DNA from: Chiloscyllium plagiosum
Taxonomy: Eukaryota
DNA: 50,259 bases
Assembly (NCBI RefSeq): GCF_004010195.1
Contig: NC_057752.1
Coordinates: 3,958,379 to 4,008,637 of the forward strand
Direction of reading: 5' to 3'
Shown: in pieces, positions 48,047-50,259 of the stretch
How positions within the stretch are numbered: the first letter of the stretch is position 1
How the letters are laid out: each line of letters opens with the position of its first letter
Program-made: the position numbers and the translations under genes
Notes under the pieces: model-generated
Told to the model about the DNA's origin: nothing
The model's input: the letters and a program-made list of their open reading frames with translations, nothing else
Database searches by the model: none

Positions 48047-49920
48047 TTAATTGTTGGGATGCAGGATGCTTAATCTACATTGATTGCCTAGTAACCCCAT
48101 TGAATTTAAAATCCTGATCCTAGTCTACCAATTGCTCCAAGGTTTTGCTCAATTCCAGTTCTAGAACTCCTACCCAGCTGCCTATGCTCAGTATACCATT
48201 TATCTCCTCAGCCCTTTGTCACTACCCCCACTTAACCCTTTGCCATAATCATTGATGACAGAATCTTCAGCTGTCTGAGCTTCACACTCTGGGACTCTCT
48301 CCCTAAATCTCATCAATCTCTCCTTTCTCTATTTTTCAGAAGTAAAGGCGCATCTTTTAGAGTAAGCTTTAATCTCTGTGTGATTTGGGGCCCAATTCAA
48401 TCTATTTCCAAGGTGAAGGACCTTGGGTCAGGTTTTCTTTTGTGTTAAAACTGCCTTCAGAAATGCAGTTATTGTTGCCAAAACGTATACGGAGTGAGAC
48501 TTGACTGAGAGCCCAGACTTCCATAAAAAGAATATCTCTCTGACACATTTGAGGAGAAGGGAAAACTCTGCCCAATTGACAGGTTAATGGTGTTATAAAA
48601 AGCAATTTTATAGAAGTTAAAGAGATGTTTATAGCTTTTCTTATTGATACTTTAAAGGTCTGATTGATCGACACTTTTTTAGGGGTGTATCAGGTGAAGC
48701 TTTTAAAAAGAAAATTATTATTGGGTGTTTTTAAGCAGTTCTGTACATGCCATTATTACTATTGCATTCATTGGTTCAGTATAGAGTGCCAGATATTTTT
48801 AATAACCCTATTCACAGATGTTATTATACACATCTGGAGCAGGTGGGCCTGAAATCCTGGATCTCCTAGGTCAAGTACAGGGACACTATCACTATCACTG
48901 CACCACTACAGACCCCTCTGTGCAAAGTATATATGAATGAATGGCAATGGAAGTACCACGAGCAGGCATGGAATATGACTAGGTATGAAGTATTTGTGGG
49001 GAACAGAATTTTGCTTGAATTGACAGGGAGGTGGCATGGGCAGTAGGTGGGAGTGTGAATGAGTGCTATAGAACTTAATATATAAGCAAGCAACTGGGAC
49101 AAATGTCCAGAGAAGTAATGCGGGTCTTTTAAACAGCTTGCCTCAGCACTTGGCCATCCTGTGTCCTCCTCCAAACTTCTTCTGGGGTGGCAGGCCCGAT
49201 TCTGCCCCACACTGGCCCACACAACAGTGGAAACTCAGCCTGACAGTGCACTTCCTACTGAGCTGGGTCTGATGTTAGAAATGTCCGCCTTAGTAGCACT
49301 AATCACTAGATAGGCCTGAGATGAAGGAAAGACAAAGAAGGATTGGTGACAGTGACCTACATCAAACAGTCCTTACCTAGTAGTTCACACTGATAAAAAT
49401 GGCAAATACCACAAGGTACCAGCAGTGGTCATCCTGTTCTCAGTACTAACTTCTACTATCTTGTATTTTACGATCACCATTTTGGAAATTGCATCTTTCT
49501 GTTCCATATTGTTCTTCAATCCCTCCAGATTGTCTGTCTGCTAGTTGACCAGTTTTCTTTTCTTCCTCTGTGGGTCCTGCCCTCCCTCCTTCACACCATC
49601 CTGCAGCTTATGTGCTATGGAATCCTGTCCTCCCTTGGCCTTTGTCCCTTAAACAATGCTCAGGCTTTTAAAATCCACACCTTACTTCTGCTTCCTCATT
49701 TCCTGTTTCATATGTGGCTCCTTGATCTTTCAATTTGAGTTTCTGAATGAATGGTAGGGAAGGGCTATGGAGATTATTTCTAAGGCTATTCGCTCAAGCA
49801 ATGGTCAAAATGCAAAACTACCACTTCAAATGGATGTTTTATTGAAAGAAGTGTAAAACAAGAGTCATTGGCCACAATAAAAAAAACAGTCCTGATTATT
49901 TTTTATCTTCAAATCTCCAG

Positions 49921-50008
49921 CTTCTACAATACGAAATCGGTTCTGCTTTGCTTCACCATTACGGCACTTGTGTGTTTGGCAGTTACAATATTCAGCTTTC
50001 AAACCAAG
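49921..50008 (+). CDS. FAIM2: FAIM2 exon 9 (FYNTKSVLLCFTITALVCLAVTIFSFQTK); gene continues right of the window
   Basis: CTCCAG acceptor, GTAAGC donor; 88 nt, phase 2 to 0; matches recalled YYNTTSVLLCLGITALVCLSVTVFSFQTK. Confidence 0.94.
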
Positions 50009-50035
50009 GTAAGCTGGGCTCATTGGACCATGGTA

Positions 50036-50259
50036 GGTAAAAACAATGACTGCAGATGCTGGAAACTAGATTCTGGAGTAGAGCGGTGCTGGAAAAGCAC
50101 AGCAGTTCAGGCAGCATCCAAGGAGCAGGAAAATCAACGTTTTGGGCAAAAGCCCTTCATCAGGAATACAGGCAGAGTGCCTGCAGGGTGGAGAGATAAA
50201 TGAGAGGAGGGTGGGGGTGGGGAGAAAGTAGCATAGAGTACAATAGGTGAGTGGGGGAG
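50036..50259 (-). mobile_element. Penelope-like 3' terminus (family 2) in FAIM2 intron 9
   Basis: Similar to 4018-4146; hammerhead core CTGATGAAGGGCTTTTGCCC with GAAA mutated to AAAA. Confidence 0.8.

Overview
Repeat-dense vertebrate genomic DNA with no prokaryotic features. The repeat complement (HE1-type V-SINEs, CR1/HER1-type LINEs, Deu-domain SINEs, Penelope-like elements) points to a shark; this is an inference. Two spliced genes can be rebuilt by hand. (1) A minus-strand DUF1295 (steroid 5-alpha-reductase-like) membrane protein gene has exons at 12830-12935, 10313-10418 and 973-1145; reading-frame logic requires one more exon that is not visible. (2) FAIM2/Lifeguard-2 has coding exons 1-2 on the minus strand (30834-30848, 24338-24515) and exons 5-9 on the plus strand (43204-50008); exons 3-4 were not found. 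The discordant block 15133-41132 is exactly 26,000 bp and is bounded by two gaps of exactly 500 N, so a mis-oriented scaffold piece is the best explanation. The most notable non-genic signal is a set of minimal type-I hammerhead ribozyme motifs (CUGANGA...GAAA...UH) in at least three Penelope-like families. Several sit in short insertions with 13-16 bp target-site duplications, most of them fold-back. There are also two solo LTRs and several multi-layer nested insertions. Repeat boundaries were read by eye and are approximate; family names come from recall, not a database search.
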